Assembly: GCA_016931955.1 (NCBI GenBank)
Contig: JAFGDV010000035.1
Coordinates: 2,852 to 66,851, forward strand
DNA from: Candidatus Altiarchaeota archaeon
Lineage (GTDB): Archaea; Altiarchaeota; Altiarchaeia; IMC4; QMZM01
DNA: 64,000 bases
Direction of reading: 5' to 3'
The notes under the pieces were generated by a model, which made no database searches, was not told where the DNA came from, and was given only the letters and a program-made list of their open reading frames with translations. The number at the start of each line of letters is the position of its first letter. Within the stretch, counting starts at the first letter, position 1. Below are positions 9,745 to 19,269 of the stretch, piece after piece. Position numbers and translations under genes: made by a program.

Positions 9745-10242
9745 AGTAACGACCTTGAAGTCCTTGAAACTGCCGGTTTCAGTCAAAAACTCTATCTCAG
9801 TCTCGAGAAGGGACCGGTGTTTTTCCTCCTCCCCCAGTAGCTCTTTAAAGAATCTTCTGAGATCTGGTTTTTCTGCTTTCTCAGCCAGTTCATGGTAGAG
9901 CTTGATGCTGTTGTCTTCCACCCTTATGGCTATGTTTAATGCGTCAAGGGCGTCTGATCTTTTATCTAAGTTGCCTCCTGGGACGTGTTTTTCAAAGATT
10001 CTGTCCGCTTTTTTCATCTTCTTGATCCGGTTCCTGTACTCGCAGTATCCTCTGTTGGATCTCTTTTTATAGATTTCGACGATCTTGTCGTAGTGTATCA
10101 GTTCCTCCCCGGCGAGATAGCGGAAGAACTCTTGGCCCTCCCTGCTTGTTGTATGCTCAGCACATTGCATGTAGAATTCATGGCCCTCTATCTCTAAGTT
10201 CAAGGCCTTATCCAAGGCACTATAGAAACCGTTGGAGTTCAT
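9739..10242 (-). CDS. ferritin-like / rubrerythrin-like diiron-carboxylate protein
   Basis: 167 aa all-helical with repeated E..H pairs ([22 protein letters not shown]); overlaps the aldolase 3' end convergently by 6 nt. Confidence 0.55.
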   Translation of the reverse strand: MNSNGFYSALDKALNLEIEGHEFYMQCAEHTTSREGQEFFRYLAGEELIHYDKIVEIYKKRSNRGYCEYRNRIKKMKKADRIFEKHVPGGNLDKRSDALDALNIAIRVEDNSIKLYHELAEKAEKPDLRRFFKELLGEEEKHRSLLETEIEFLTETGSFKDFKVVTS

Positions 10243-10385
10243 TCATGTCCCTCGTTGGTTAAGTATTAGTATGCGAGATAAAAAGTCGAAATGCAGTACG
10301 ATGGAGCCATGGAGAAGCTTAGGGAGCTATCCGATCCCAGAGCGCTTCTTGAGGGATCTGAAGAGCGAGACGGTCTAGAACAGGC

Positions 10386-10982
10386 TCAGGGTATCATAAA
10401 CCAGAGTTCGTGTTCCCAGCCGTTTCTTGCGTACTGGCTTTGGGTGTAGTTTCTACCCCCTCTAGATGCTGTGACGTTGTATGTGTCCCCTGAAGGTACC
10501 TCCATTGAATAGAATCCTTCCCCATCCGTTGTGTCTACTGCTTCCTCTTCACCAGTCGTCTGGGATATTGCATAGACCTTCACGCCTTTAACTGCGAGCC
10601 TGGTTGTCTTGTCCATGACGTAGCCGTTGATCACAGCAGACCCTGTTTTTTCCCCTTGTATGTTTATCAGACAAAGCCCTTGTGCGCTTTTTCTCTCTAT
10701 GAGCTCGCAGACGCTCTCATTCCTGGATTTTATCCCCAGACTGAGGAGGCAGTTGTCTCTTTCAATCTGGTCTTCATAGGTCATGCAGTCGTCTGCTGAA
10801 TCAACATGCAGGTAGGACAAGGTTGTCGTCGTGGTTGTTGAGGTGGTCGTCTTTGTCGTAGTCGTTGTGGTTGTTGTGGTCGTCGTCGTTATTGATGTTG
10901 TTGTTTCTTCCCCCTTTTGTTCAACGCATCCCACCAATGCAATCATTAAGCATACCAGAATCGTGAGATGTCTTGTGTTCAT
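10386..10982 (-). CDS. secreted lipoprotein with poly-Thr linker and carboxypeptidase-regulatory-like beta-sandwich
   Basis: Signal peptide with LVGC lipobox-like site; 30-residue T/S run; C-terminal VINGYVMDKTT...GVKVYAI...GEGFYSMEVPSGDTYNVTAS resembles CarboxypepD_reg domains. Confidence 0.5.
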   Translation of the reverse strand: MNTRHLTILVCLMIALVGCVEQKGEETTTSITTTTTTTTTTTTKTTTSTTTTTTLSYLHVDSADDCMTYEDQIERDNCLLSLGIKSRNESVCELIERKSAQGLCLINIQGEKTGSAVINGYVMDKTTRLAVKGVKVYAISQTTGEEEAVDTTDGEGFYSMEVPSGDTYNVTASRGGRNYTQSQYARNGWEHELWFMIP

Positions 10983-11860
10983 CTTGGTTTTCCCTCATCG
11001 ACGTCTTTTTTGAATACGATGGTCCTGTAGGGGAAGGGTATCTCTACCCCCTCCTTGTCGAATCTTTCCTTTATGTTCTTGTTGAGGTCGCAGCCCAGTC
11101 GGAAGGCTGCTGCCGGATCCGGCGTCCAGACGTAGGCCCTCAGTTTGACTGAGGAGTCACCGAATCCGATGACTTTGACTGACACAGGCTCATGGCCTTT
11201 GATCTTTTCCTCGGTTGTTCGTTTGTCCAGGAAGTCGGGGTGCTTGATCGCCTCATCTTTCATGATATTCATCGCCTTATCTATGTCGGAGTCGTAGCTG
11301 ATCCCGAATTCCACGAATTTGCAGATCCTCTCGTCTCCGAGCTGGGCGTTCTCTATCACTTCATTACCGATTATAGAGTTGGGTATGACAATGCGCTTGT
11401 TTTCGAAGGTTTTTATCACCGTATGCCTCAAGTTTATGTCCTCCACGATTCCACTAATGTCCTCCTTTATCTTTATTCTGTCTCCTACCCTGAAGGGTTG
11501 GAATATGGAGATAAAAAGACCGCTGACTACATTAGAGAAGGCCTGTTGGGAGGCGAAACCGATGATCACTGCTATGACGCCCGCCCCTGCGAATATGGAG
11601 AGGGATAGTGTTCTTAGGTCCTTTATACTATAAATGGCGATGCCTAAACCGACTGTGTAGATTACTGCGGATATCAGATGCTTCAGGAAGTTGTATCTGG
11701 TGGGGTCAACCTGGAGCAATTCAGACGACTTATTGAATGATCTGTCCAATATTCTCCTAACGAACTTTGCGACAATGAATGTGGTTACGACTATGATTGC
11801 GGCCAGGGTCAGTTCTCTTAGGTCGAAAGTGGTGTCTGGGAATATGTCAGATAAGTCCAT
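10979..11860 (-). CDS. small-conductance mechanosensitive channel (MscS family)
   Basis: 3 TM helices, then the MscS beta-domain (ISIFQPFRVGDRIKI...GIVEDINLRHTVIKTFENKRIVIPNS); start trimmed to MDLSDIF because the longer ORF would overlap pdaD. Confidence 0.8.
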   Translation of the reverse strand: MDLSDIFPDTTFDLRELTLAAIIVVTTFIVAKFVRRILDRSFNKSSELLQVDPTRYNFLKHLISAVIYTVGLGIAIYSIKDLRTLSLSIFAGAGVIAVIIGFASQQAFSNVVSGLFISIFQPFRVGDRIKIKEDISGIVEDINLRHTVIKTFENKRIVIPNSIIGNEVIENAQLGDERICKFVEFGISYDSDIDKAMNIMKDEAIKHPDFLDKRTTEEKIKGHEPVSVKVIGFGDSSVKLRAYVWTPDPAAAFRLGCDLNKNIKERFDKEGVEIPFPYRTIVFKKDVDEGKPR

Positions 11861-11929
11861 ATTGATTATGATTGAGATTTGGACATAAAATATGGTGGAT
11901 TTTAAATCCTGAATTGGTAATAATAGGAT

Positions 11930-12484
11930 ATGATTCCGAAGAGGGTATTCTTTGTGAAGGGTCTGGGCGTTCATAAGGATAAGCTCGCATCCTTTGAGTT
12001 GGCTCTCCGGGATGCTGGCATAGAGAAATTCAATCTAGTGAATGTTTCCAGCATTCTGCCCCCAAGGTGCGAGGTCGTTAAGCCAGATGCTGGGTTGAAG
12101 CATATGAAGCCTGGCCAGATCGTGTATTGTGTGATGGCGAAGACTGAGACAAATGAGCCGAACAGGCTTGTCTCCGCGGCGATAGGATGTGCCGTTCCGA
12201 ATAATAAAGACATCCATGGTTACCTGTCAGAGCATCACGCCTTCGGCGAGAAGGGTAGTGTTTCAGGGGAATACGCGGAGGATCTTGCAGCCACCATGCT
12301 TGCAACAACCCTCGGAATACCATTCGACCCAAACAAGGCGTGGGATGAGAGGAAGCGGATCTATAAAGCAAGCGGTCACATATTCAGGACAACCCATATC
12401 TGCCAATCCGCCGAAGGCAACAAAGGCGGATTATGGACGACGGTGATCGCTGCCGCAGTCTTTGTGGTCGAGGATGGACAATAA
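11930..12484 (+). CDS. pdaD: pyruvoyl-dependent arginine decarboxylase
   Basis: [39 protein letters not shown] including the self-cleavage Ser-Ser site. Confidence 0.85.
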   Translation: MIPKRVFFVKGLGVHKDKLASFELALRDAGIEKFNLVNVSSILPPRCEVVKPDAGLKHMKPGQIVYCVMAKTETNEPNRLVSAAIGCAVPNNKDIHGYLSEHHAFGEKGSVSGEYAEDLAATMLATTLGIPFDPNKAWDERKRIYKASGHIFRTTHICQSAEGNKGGLWTTVIAAAVFVVEDGQ

Positions 12485-13331
12485 ACCCTGTTTTGGTGGT
12501 CTTACTGGGGACTACTCCTCCTATGATAGGTCAAGCATAGTTATCCTACCTGTGCCGTTCGATAAAACCTGCAGCTGGCTTCCCGGCGCAGTTAAGGGTC
12601 CTGAGGCCATCATCCTGGCATCCCCTAATCTGGAGCTATATGACATAGAGACCGATTCAGAGGTATACCCTAAGGGGATACACACGTCTGATCCTGTTTT
12701 AGCCGAAACCTCTGAGGAGATGATTAATGGAGTCTATGGCAGGGTCAGGTCTCTTTTATGTGATGGGAAATTCGTTGTCACGCTTGGCGGGGAACATTCT
12801 GTCTCCATCGGCTCTGTGAAAGCATATCAGGAATTCTTTAAGGACCTGTCTGTTCTGCACTTGGATGCGCATATGGACAGCAGGGACTCCTATGAAGGCG
12901 ACGAGTACAGTCACGCATGCACCATGGCCAGGATTAGGGAATTCATAGATGTTGTGGTATCAGTCGGAGTGAGGAGCATGGATTCCTCAGAGCTTTCTCG
13001 AGTGGACCAGAACAATATCTTCTACGCGCATGAGATCCATGACAGGAGTGACTGGATCAGGGAGGTAGTGAATAGGCTCACAGATAACGTATATGTCTCG
13101 ATAGACCTTGACGTCTTCGACCCCTCAATGATGCCTTCAGCTGGCACACCCGAGCCTGGCGGCTTGGACTGGTACCAGGTCAATGATCTCGTAAAGGCCG
13201 TATCAAAGAAAAGGAATATCGTCGGCTTTGATGTGGTGGAGCTTTCGCCGATTGAAAGTAATAAGGCGCCTGACTTCTTGGCTGCGAAATTGGTCTACCG
13301 CATCCTATCAGAGAGATTCTATAAAGAGTAA
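12462..13331 (+). CDS. speB: agmatinase (ureohydrolase family)
   Basis: Arginase-fold Mn-binding motifs [23 protein letters not shown]; start overlaps pdaD (polyamine operon). Confidence 0.85.
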   Translation: MWSRMDNKPCFGGLTGDYSSYDRSSIVILPVPFDKTCSWLPGAVKGPEAIILASPNLELYDIETDSEVYPKGIHTSDPVLAETSEEMINGVYGRVRSLLCDGKFVVTLGGEHSVSIGSVKAYQEFFKDLSVLHLDAHMDSRDSYEGDEYSHACTMARIREFIDVVVSVGVRSMDSSELSRVDQNNIFYAHEIHDRSDWIREVVNRLTDNVYVSIDLDVFDPSMMPSAGTPEPGGLDWYQVNDLVKAVSKKRNIVGFDVVELSPIESNKAPDFLAAKLVYRILSERFYKE

Positions 13332-14674
13332 GTTTTCTCTTTTTCAGCAATCAATACGTTGTCGTGTATTTTCTTGAATTCCTCGGGGTTTAGGGTGTGG
13401 ACTGGGATCAATAGATCAGGTTTTATCTTTTTTATTGTATACTCTAGGTCTTTTTTGCTTGCATGGCCCGAACAATGAATTTTATGCAGTCTTATCTTGA
13501 AGTGGCTGAGCCAGTTAAACAATACTCTTCGCATGTCTTCGTTGTCTTCGCCTTCAAGGAAGTGCTCGCTTGAGCTGTAGATGTAGTCTGCGTTTTCCGG
13601 CTTTATGTAGACTAGCTCCATCAGCTTGTTGAAGTTCGTATACAAAACGTAGTCTTTCTGTTTTTCCCCTATCTCCTTGTAGGTGATTTTTTTATCCAAA
13701 AATTCTCTCTCGTATTTGAGGTAGTCTGTGTCGCAGAATCTGCATGACTTGGAGAGGCGGAAATACACCTTGATGTTTTCGTCTTCGCGTGGATCCGGTA
13801 GCTCCACTTTTTCGCGGAGGCCGTCTATGATGTATGCAAGCCGTGTGTCTATGACAAGTTCTCGGCCGTTCCCAATAGCTGCGTCATAGACTGATTTAAA
13901 GCGGTCTACGTTGGACATCGCAAAGTTGGCGAAGACCAATCCACGTGAATCCCCTATTATGTCTTTAATTTTTTTGTAGACTTGTTCTTCGGTGTATTGT
14001 TTCTCTGGGTCGGGGGTCATCCGGGTGCCTTCGCAGAGCATGCAGGTTGGACTGGATCTGGCAGCCTCTCTTATGAACTCCTCAGTGAACTCCTGTTTGG
14101 GTCCGTGGCGTCTGAAGTCTCCGGTGAAGACGATGTTCCCGCTTTCGGTGTTTATTATGTAGCCATATGCTCCCGGGGTGGAGTGTTCTACATGCACTGG
14201 CTTGAGGAGCATGTGTTTTATCCCTATCTCATCCCCTGACTTGAAGAGGTTCATGTGGTTGTGTTCTCCAGTCGTGTTGAATCTGGGATAGAGTATATTG
14301 TACAAGTCAAGCATCTTCTTGGTTCCATGGCCCATGTATACGGGTATGTCTTCGTCCAAGAAGCAGAGGTGTCCTGTGTGGTCGCTGTGGTGGTGCGTGA
14401 TAAAGATGCTGTCTATGTCTGGTTTCTCATATGGCATGTCCGTGAACTTCAACATCTTCTCTGAGTAGATTTTTGGGATTCTGGGCATCAGATCAAATTC
14501 TAAGTAGCACTCCAGCCCGTTAACGCTCCTTGGCTGCAGATAATCATAGAAGTAGTCGCATCCGAAGTCGAAGCTCATCCCGAAGTCTAAAAAAACTTTT
14601 GCGTTTTTTTCTTGCAGGAGGATCTTGTTGCCGCCTATCTCTCCTGCGCCGCCGTAGAATGTCAGAGATGCCAC
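13319..14674 (-). CDS. beta-CASP metallo-beta-lactamase ribonuclease (aCPSF2/RNase J-like)
   Basis: HHHSDHTGHL motif, beta-CASP region, 451 aa without KH domains. Confidence 0.8.
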   Translation of the reverse strand: MASLTFYGGAGEIGGNKILLQEKNAKVFLDFGMSFDFGCDYFYDYLQPRSVNGLECYLEFDLMPRIPKIYSEKMLKFTDMPYEKPDIDSIFITHHHSDHTGHLCFLDEDIPVYMGHGTKKMLDLYNILYPRFNTTGEHNHMNLFKSGDEIGIKHMLLKPVHVEHSTPGAYGYIINTESGNIVFTGDFRRHGPKQEFTEEFIREAARSSPTCMLCEGTRMTPDPEKQYTEEQVYKKIKDIIGDSRGLVFANFAMSNVDRFKSVYDAAIGNGRELVIDTRLAYIIDGLREKVELPDPREDENIKVYFRLSKSCRFCDTDYLKYEREFLDKKITYKEIGEKQKDYVLYTNFNKLMELVYIKPENADYIYSSSEHFLEGEDNEDMRRVLFNWLSHFKIRLHKIHCSGHASKKDLEYTIKKIKPDLLIPVHTLNPEEFKKIHDNVLIAEKEKTYSL

Positions 14675-14702
14675 GTATACTATTGTGTGTACTGGCTAAT
14701 AT

Positions 14703-15467
14703 TCACACGCTTTCGCTTTTGTCGAAGAGGTATGTTCCGAGGACGACCATTAGGAGGGAGAAGCCGATGCAGACAATCAAATCCACCATAAACGGGAATG
14801 AGGATGCTCCTATCAAAGATGCTCTGAGGCCGTCCACTCCATAGGTCAGCGGGTCTATGTATGATAGGAACTTTATCGCCGAAGGCAGGTTTTCTATTGG
14901 AAACAGGGCGCCGGATAGAAAGAATAATGGGAAGATGACGAAGTTCATTATTAGCTGGAATCCGTGCATGTCCGTCATCTTGGAGGCGGACACTAAACCG
15001 AGTCCTATGAACGTAGTCGAGATCAAGACCATGAACAGGAGGGCTCCGAGGAGTGGCATGACGCCGGTTATCTTGAATCCTAGAAATGTTGAGAGCAGGA
15101 GTATCAGGGTGCCTTGTATCATGGTGGTCGTCATCCCCCCAACTATCCGTCCGAGGACTATTGAAACCCTTTTCACGGGAGCAACCATTATCTCCTTCAG
15201 GAATCCGAATTCTCTGTCCCATAAAACCGAGATGCCTGCAAACATCGAGGAGAACAGCATGGTCATGCCAACTATCCCTGGTACGAGGAATGTTATGTAG
15301 TCAACTCCTTCTGGGACCCCGGCAACTGCCGTTTTCGTGAAACCGAATCCGAGGAATACAAGGAAAAACAAAGGCACCACCAGTGATCCGATGATCCTGG
15401 ATTTTGACCGGTAAAATCTCTTCAATTCCCTCAGCCAGAGAACATATACTGCGATCCATTCGATCAT
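14703..15467 (-). CDS. ABC-2 type transporter permease
   Basis: 6 TM helices, ABC-2 topology; 4-nt overlap with the upstream ATPase. Confidence 0.75.
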   Translation of the reverse strand: MIEWIAVYVLWLRELKRFYRSKSRIIGSLVVPLFFLVFLGFGFTKTAVAGVPEGVDYITFLVPGIVGMTMLFSSMFAGISVLWDREFGFLKEIMVAPVKRVSIVLGRIVGGMTTTMIQGTLILLLSTFLGFKITGVMPLLGALLFMVLISTTFIGLGLVSASKMTDMHGFQLIMNFVIFPLFFLSGALFPIENLPSAIKFLSYIDPLTYGVDGLRASLIGASSFPFMVDLIVCIGFSLLMVVLGTYLFDKSESV

Positions 15468-16489
15468 CCCTGCATCCTCCTCCTCATCATATCCCGGCGG
15501 GTCTCGTTTTTGTTGTCTCCGGTTTCCCTTATCCTCTTCCCTGTGAAGTGGAGGAAAACATCCTCCAGGCTTGGTTTATGCAAATTGACTGAGACGATCT
15601 TGTAATCCATGTTTTGGGCTTCACTGATCAACTCAGGTATTCGTTTATCCCCTTTTTCTACTGTGAGGCAGATGCTGTTTTCTCCTATGCCAAGATGCTG
15701 GCATGTTTCGGTGTCGTATTTCTTAAGTGTCTTTATCCAGTCATGTTTTTTTAGGCTCTCCATGAAAGAGTCTATGTCTCCTTCGACTTCCAGGGATATT
15801 ACGTCTCCTCCAAGCAGGTCTTTTAACCTGTCTGGTGTGTCCATTATGACGATCCTCCCATGGTCGACGATGGCAACCCTGTCGCATAGGTAGTCTGCTT
15901 CTTCCATGTAATGGGTCGTCAGGATTATGGTTACATTGTTTTCTTTATTGAGTCTCTGTATGTATTCCCAGATGTGCCTCCTGGTTTGTGCATCCAGTCC
16001 TAGGGTGGGTTCATCAAGGAATAAAACCTTGGGTCTGTGCATTAATCCCCTGGCTATTTCAAGGCGTCTCTTCATCCCGCCTGAGTAGTTCTCCACGAGG
16101 ATGTTTTCTTTATCCCTTAGTTCTACGACTTCAAGGACTTCGTCTATTCTACCTATTCTCTCCTCCTTGTTCATCCCATACATCATGGCGTGGAATTCCA
16201 GGTTCTCTCTTCCCGTAAGCTTCGTGTCAAGTGCGGGTTCTTGGAAGACCATGCCAATCTTCCTCCTCACAGCATCTCTCTCTTTGTAGATGTCGGCTCC
16301 TGCAATGTCTGCTTTTCCCGAGCTTGGTTTGAGCAGCGTTGACAGCATGTTTAAAGTGGTTGTCTTTCCTGCGCCATTCGGTCCCAACAAACCGAATAGC
16401 TCTCCCTCCTCTACTGAGAATGTGATGTGGTCTACTGCCGTGAATCCGTTGAAGGTCTTGGTCAGGTCCTTGATTGCTATAGTGTCCAT
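15464..16489 (-). CDS. ABC transporter ATP-binding protein
   Basis: Walker A GPNGAGKTT, signature YSGGMKRRL, Walker B LFLDEPT, H-loop. Confidence 0.9.
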   Translation of the reverse strand: MDTIAIKDLTKTFNGFTAVDHITFSVEEGELFGLLGPNGAGKTTTLNMLSTLLKPSSGKADIAGADIYKERDAVRRKIGMVFQEPALDTKLTGRENLEFHAMMYGMNKEERIGRIDEVLEVVELRDKENILVENYSGGMKRRLEIARGLMHRPKVLFLDEPTLGLDAQTRRHIWEYIQRLNKENNVTIILTTHYMEEADYLCDRVAIVDHGRIVIMDTPDRLKDLLGGDVISLEVEGDIDSFMESLKKHDWIKTLKKYDTETCQHLGIGENSICLTVEKGDKRIPELISEAQNMDYKIVSVNLHKPSLEDVFLHFTGKRIRETGDNKNETRRDMMRRRMQG

Positions 16490-16597
16490 TCCAGGTAATA
16501 TACCAAGTATTGTATCTCAAAAAACCACAGCATTTATATAGGTGGATGTTATATATAACTAACATAATGTTAGAAATAAATAACATGAGGTGTGTGA

Positions 16598-16996
16598 ATG
16601 AAAGAAAAAACAAGACTGATCATTGGCGCAGCAGTGATCGTTGCAGTCGTCGGGACTTTGGCGCTCTATTCGGTCTCAGATGAGAGCATCGACTTAATGG
16701 AACTTGTTGGCATCGTATTAGTGCCTATGTTGCTCGTCTTCGGGGCCTTCTTCTTCCTCTGGCGTAGGGCTAAGAGCATTAGATCCGGCCTCCCGACGGA
16801 GGACGAATACTCTAAGAAGATCAGCTATAAGGCGGGCTACTATTCTTATCTTGTCTCCCTCTATGTGGCTTTGGCTGGGATGTTTTTCGAACTCGAAGGC
16901 CATGAACTGGGAGCGGCAGTCATAATCATCCCTGCTATGGTATTTATGGGCTCTTATCTCTACCTGGAGAGAAGAGGTGATCCCAGTGGACTATAG
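16598..16996 (+). CDS. small 4-TM membrane protein (DUF2178-like)
   Basis: 132 aa, 4 TM helices, charged DE..KK..KA loop; first gene of a 3-gene unit ending in an XRE regulator. Confidence 0.45.
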   Translation: MKEKTRLIIGAAVIVAVVGTLALYSVSDESIDLMELVGIVLVPMLLVFGAFFFLWRRAKSIRSGLPTEDEYSKKISYKAGYYSYLVSLYVALAGMFFELEGHELGAAVIIIPAMVFMGSYLYLERRGDPSGL

Positions 16997-17372
16997 AAGG
17001 TACCGTTTTTATAAGCTATTGTTTGTTATGATGTTGACTGCGTTGACAGCTTTTTTCGTCGTCGCAGGAAACTACATAATACCCCTTTTGGCATTCGTCG
17101 TCGCATGTGGTCTGATCTATGTCCTCAAGGCAAGGGTCGACGAAAGATTATCCGATGAAAGAGTGGATGGGATCGCTGGCAAAGCCGCTAGATTGACTTT
17201 TTCCATCTCGGCGGTAGTTATGGCACTGACTGGTATGGTATTGATTGCTGTGAGAGAAGAATACCCTGCTTATCTGTTGACTGGATACGTTCTCTCATAC
17301 ATTGTATGTGGGATGATGCTCATCTATGTGGTCTTTTTCATGTACTATCACAGGAGGGGGGATCAGATGTGA
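16977..17372 (+). CDS. small 4-TM membrane protein (DUF2178-like) with DER repeat
   Basis: 131 aa; [23 protein letters not shown] between TM2 and TM3; overlaps the upstream gene by 20 nt. Confidence 0.45.
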   Translation: MIPVDYRRYRFYKLLFVMMLTALTAFFVVAGNYIIPLLAFVVACGLIYVLKARVDERLSDERVDGIAGKAARLTFSISAVVMALTGMVLIAVREEYPAYLLTGYVLSYIVCGMMLIYVVFFMYYHRRGDQM

Positions 17373-17563
17373 AGACTCGGATCAAGGAGCTGCGGGCGAG
17401 ATATGATCTGACTCAAGAGGACCTGGCGAGGAAGGTTGGTGTGCGTAGAGAAACCATAGTCTTCTTGGAGAAAGGCAAATACAACCCCTCCCTGAAGCTG
17501 GCTCACGACGTCGCCAAAGCGTTGAATACAAGCATAGACGAATTATTCCTGTTCGAGGACTGA
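17369..17563 (+). CDS. XRE-family helix-turn-helix transcriptional regulator
   Basis: GTG start embedded in ATGTGA overlap with upstream stop, GGAGGGGGG RBS 9 nt upstream; [53 protein letters not shown] is a canonical Cro/C1 HTH. Confidence 0.8.
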   Translation: MKTRIKELRARYDLTQEDLARKVGVRRETIVFLEKGKYNPSLKLAHDVAKALNTSIDELFLFED

Positions 17564-17869
17564 AGGAAGATTTGTGTTTTTTTTTACAGTGTTTTCCTTA
17601 TCCTTACGTGAGCTTAATCTTATGAAGGGGGGTGGGATGATGGTCAACTGGAAAATAAAAATCTGTGCTCTGTTTTTCGGGGCTTATTCTGGCTGATGAT
17701 CTTGTTGGGAGACTTATCATCGGTTTGGTCTGTTTGCTTGTTAGCATAGGATGGTTTGGTCAATATCTTCATCGTACAAACCGCCATACCTAAATTCTTG
17801 CAGGCGTTTTTTCTTTTTTACTTTCACAAATATAAACTGTAGGATTTTATTGATCCAATCTAGTGGGAG

Positions 17870-18349
17870 GTGTATGAAATGAGCGAAGTAGAATGTTGCC
17901 CTAGGTTTGATCCAAGACCATGGGATGGGAAGATGCTTGAATGGAAGGATAAAAAATTCATCAAAGATCGCGTGTTGACTTTCTTCTTTATGCCGCTTAA
18001 TTTTGGCGGCGTCATGAAGAGGCTTGATGGGATGGTGAGGAAAGCAGGTGCAAGAATACCTGACAATCTGTGCTTGTCTGATCACACTTCTAAGTGGAAC
18101 ATGGACGTCTACCTTGCAGTCGACAAGGAAATCCTGGATGTAGAGAACGTAACCCTGAGTGGGAGATTCTTGAGCAAAGTCTATGAGGGTTCATTCAAGG
18201 ATACTGGAAAATGGTGTAAGGACTTTGAAGACTATGCGAAGAGCCAAAACCTTAACATAAAGAAATGGTACATGTGGTATACTACCTGCCCAAAATGCGC
18301 TAAAAAATACAGGAGAAACTATGTGGTAATCATCGGAAGAGTGAGTTAA
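17870..18349 (+). CDS. hypothetical protein with N-terminal CC and C-terminal CPKC motifs
   Basis: 159 aa, no family recognised; possible split Zn site (ECCPRF ... CPKC). Confidence 0.35.
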   Translation: MYEMSEVECCPRFDPRPWDGKMLEWKDKKFIKDRVLTFFFMPLNFGGVMKRLDGMVRKAGARIPDNLCLSDHTSKWNMDVYLAVDKEILDVENVTLSGRFLSKVYEGSFKDTGKWCKDFEDYAKSQNLNIKKWYMWYTTCPKCAKKYRRNYVVIIGRVS

Positions 18350-18350
18350 C

Positions 18351-18674
18351 ATGAGTAAAGAGGTTGATGGATATATTGAAAAACAGGATTCCTCTCAAAA
18401 AGAGATCTGCAAGAAACTGAGGAAGATCATCTTAGAGACTTACCCAAGTATCCAAGAAGAAATGAAGATGGGCGTGCCCTGGTATGTAGGAAAATTTTAT
18501 ATCGTCGGTTTAAGGGACTCAGTCAACCTTGGTTTTTGTATCCAAGGTCTATCAAAGAAAGAAATAGATCACTTTAAAGGCCGGGGCAAATATATGAGGC
18601 ACCTGAAATTTCGTTCTATGGATGAAATCGATGAAAAAAAGATTATTACATTGTTGAAGTTGATCAAGGACTAG
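18351..18674 (+). CDS. DUF1801 (YdhG-like) domain protein
   Basis: VDGYIEKQDSSQKEICKKLRKIILETYP...EEMKMGVPWY matches the DUF1801 N-terminal pattern; 1 nt after the upstream stop. Confidence 0.45.
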   Translation: MSKEVDGYIEKQDSSQKEICKKLRKIILETYPSIQEEMKMGVPWYVGKFYIVGLRDSVNLGFCIQGLSKKEIDHFKGRGKYMRHLKFRSMDEIDEKKIITLLKLIKD

Positions 18675-19222
18675 AGCAGGAAGAAAGACAATCCCATGAG
18701 TATGAAGATTATGCCAGAGATTCTAGAAAGTGCACACCTATCCAGTCTCGTGGAGATGAATCTGCCTAGGTAGATGGCTGCGATAGAAAGCAGCGCCAAT
18801 GCGACTACTACGCCTGCTAGGACGAGTTCGGCCCGATACTTAGTCGCGAACAAAGCTGCTGCAATCTGCGTCTTGTCGCCCCACTCCGTCATAAAGATTA
18901 GAGAGAAACCAGCGATCAGGGGATTCTTCAGCGGTTTGGTGTCGCATTCTCTTCCCTCATTGTTTCGGAGGATGAGCAGCCCGAAGAGGATGAACACGAA
19001 GCCTGAAAAAACCTTGAGTGCGGCTTCGGGTGCAACCTTCGTCACCCATGAGCCTGCGAGGACTGCTACGCCGTCGACGACAAAAAAAGCCAGGACCACA
19101 CCCAATAGAAGCCGCAGGTGTTTGTCGGTCTTAGATGAGAGCAGCAGGATGCAGAGCTGCGTCTTGTCGCCTAACTCTGCAAGCCCAACAGCGATTAAAG
19201 GAATAAGGAAGCTTTCTATCAT
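18671..19222 (-). CDS. UPF0016/GDT1-family cation (Ca2+/Mn2+):H+ antiporter-like membrane protein
   Basis: Two E-x-G-D-K-T motifs (AELGDKTQL, TEWGDKTQI), each heading a 3-TM repeat. Confidence 0.75.
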   Translation of the reverse strand: MIESFLIPLIAVGLAELGDKTQLCILLLSSKTDKHLRLLLGVVLAFFVVDGVAVLAGSWVTKVAPEAALKVFSGFVFILFGLLILRNNEGRECDTKPLKNPLIAGFSLIFMTEWGDKTQIAAALFATKYRAELVLAGVVVALALLSIAAIYLGRFISTRLDRCALSRISGIIFILMGLSFFLL

Positions 19223-19269
19223 CTAAAGTATAAAAGTTTCAAAAAAGAAAAAAAAGGCAGGCTTTTTTT

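Noticed and set aside
10243-10385. 35-codon plus-strand ORF (MRDKKSKCSTMEPW...) in the intergenic region
   Set aside because: No RBS, no conservation cue, and it lies in the promoter region of the ferritin-like gene.
11192-11888. Plus-strand ORFs (138, 104, 65 aa) inside the MscS gene
   Set aside because: They are antisense to a well-supported MscS CDS and have no motifs.
19223-19269. Poly-A and poly-T tracts flanking GGCAGGC, considered as a bidirectional terminator
   Set aside because: The arms are not truly complementary (GGC...GC). It is probably just AT-rich intergenic sequence between convergent or tandem genes. It was not promoted to a feature.
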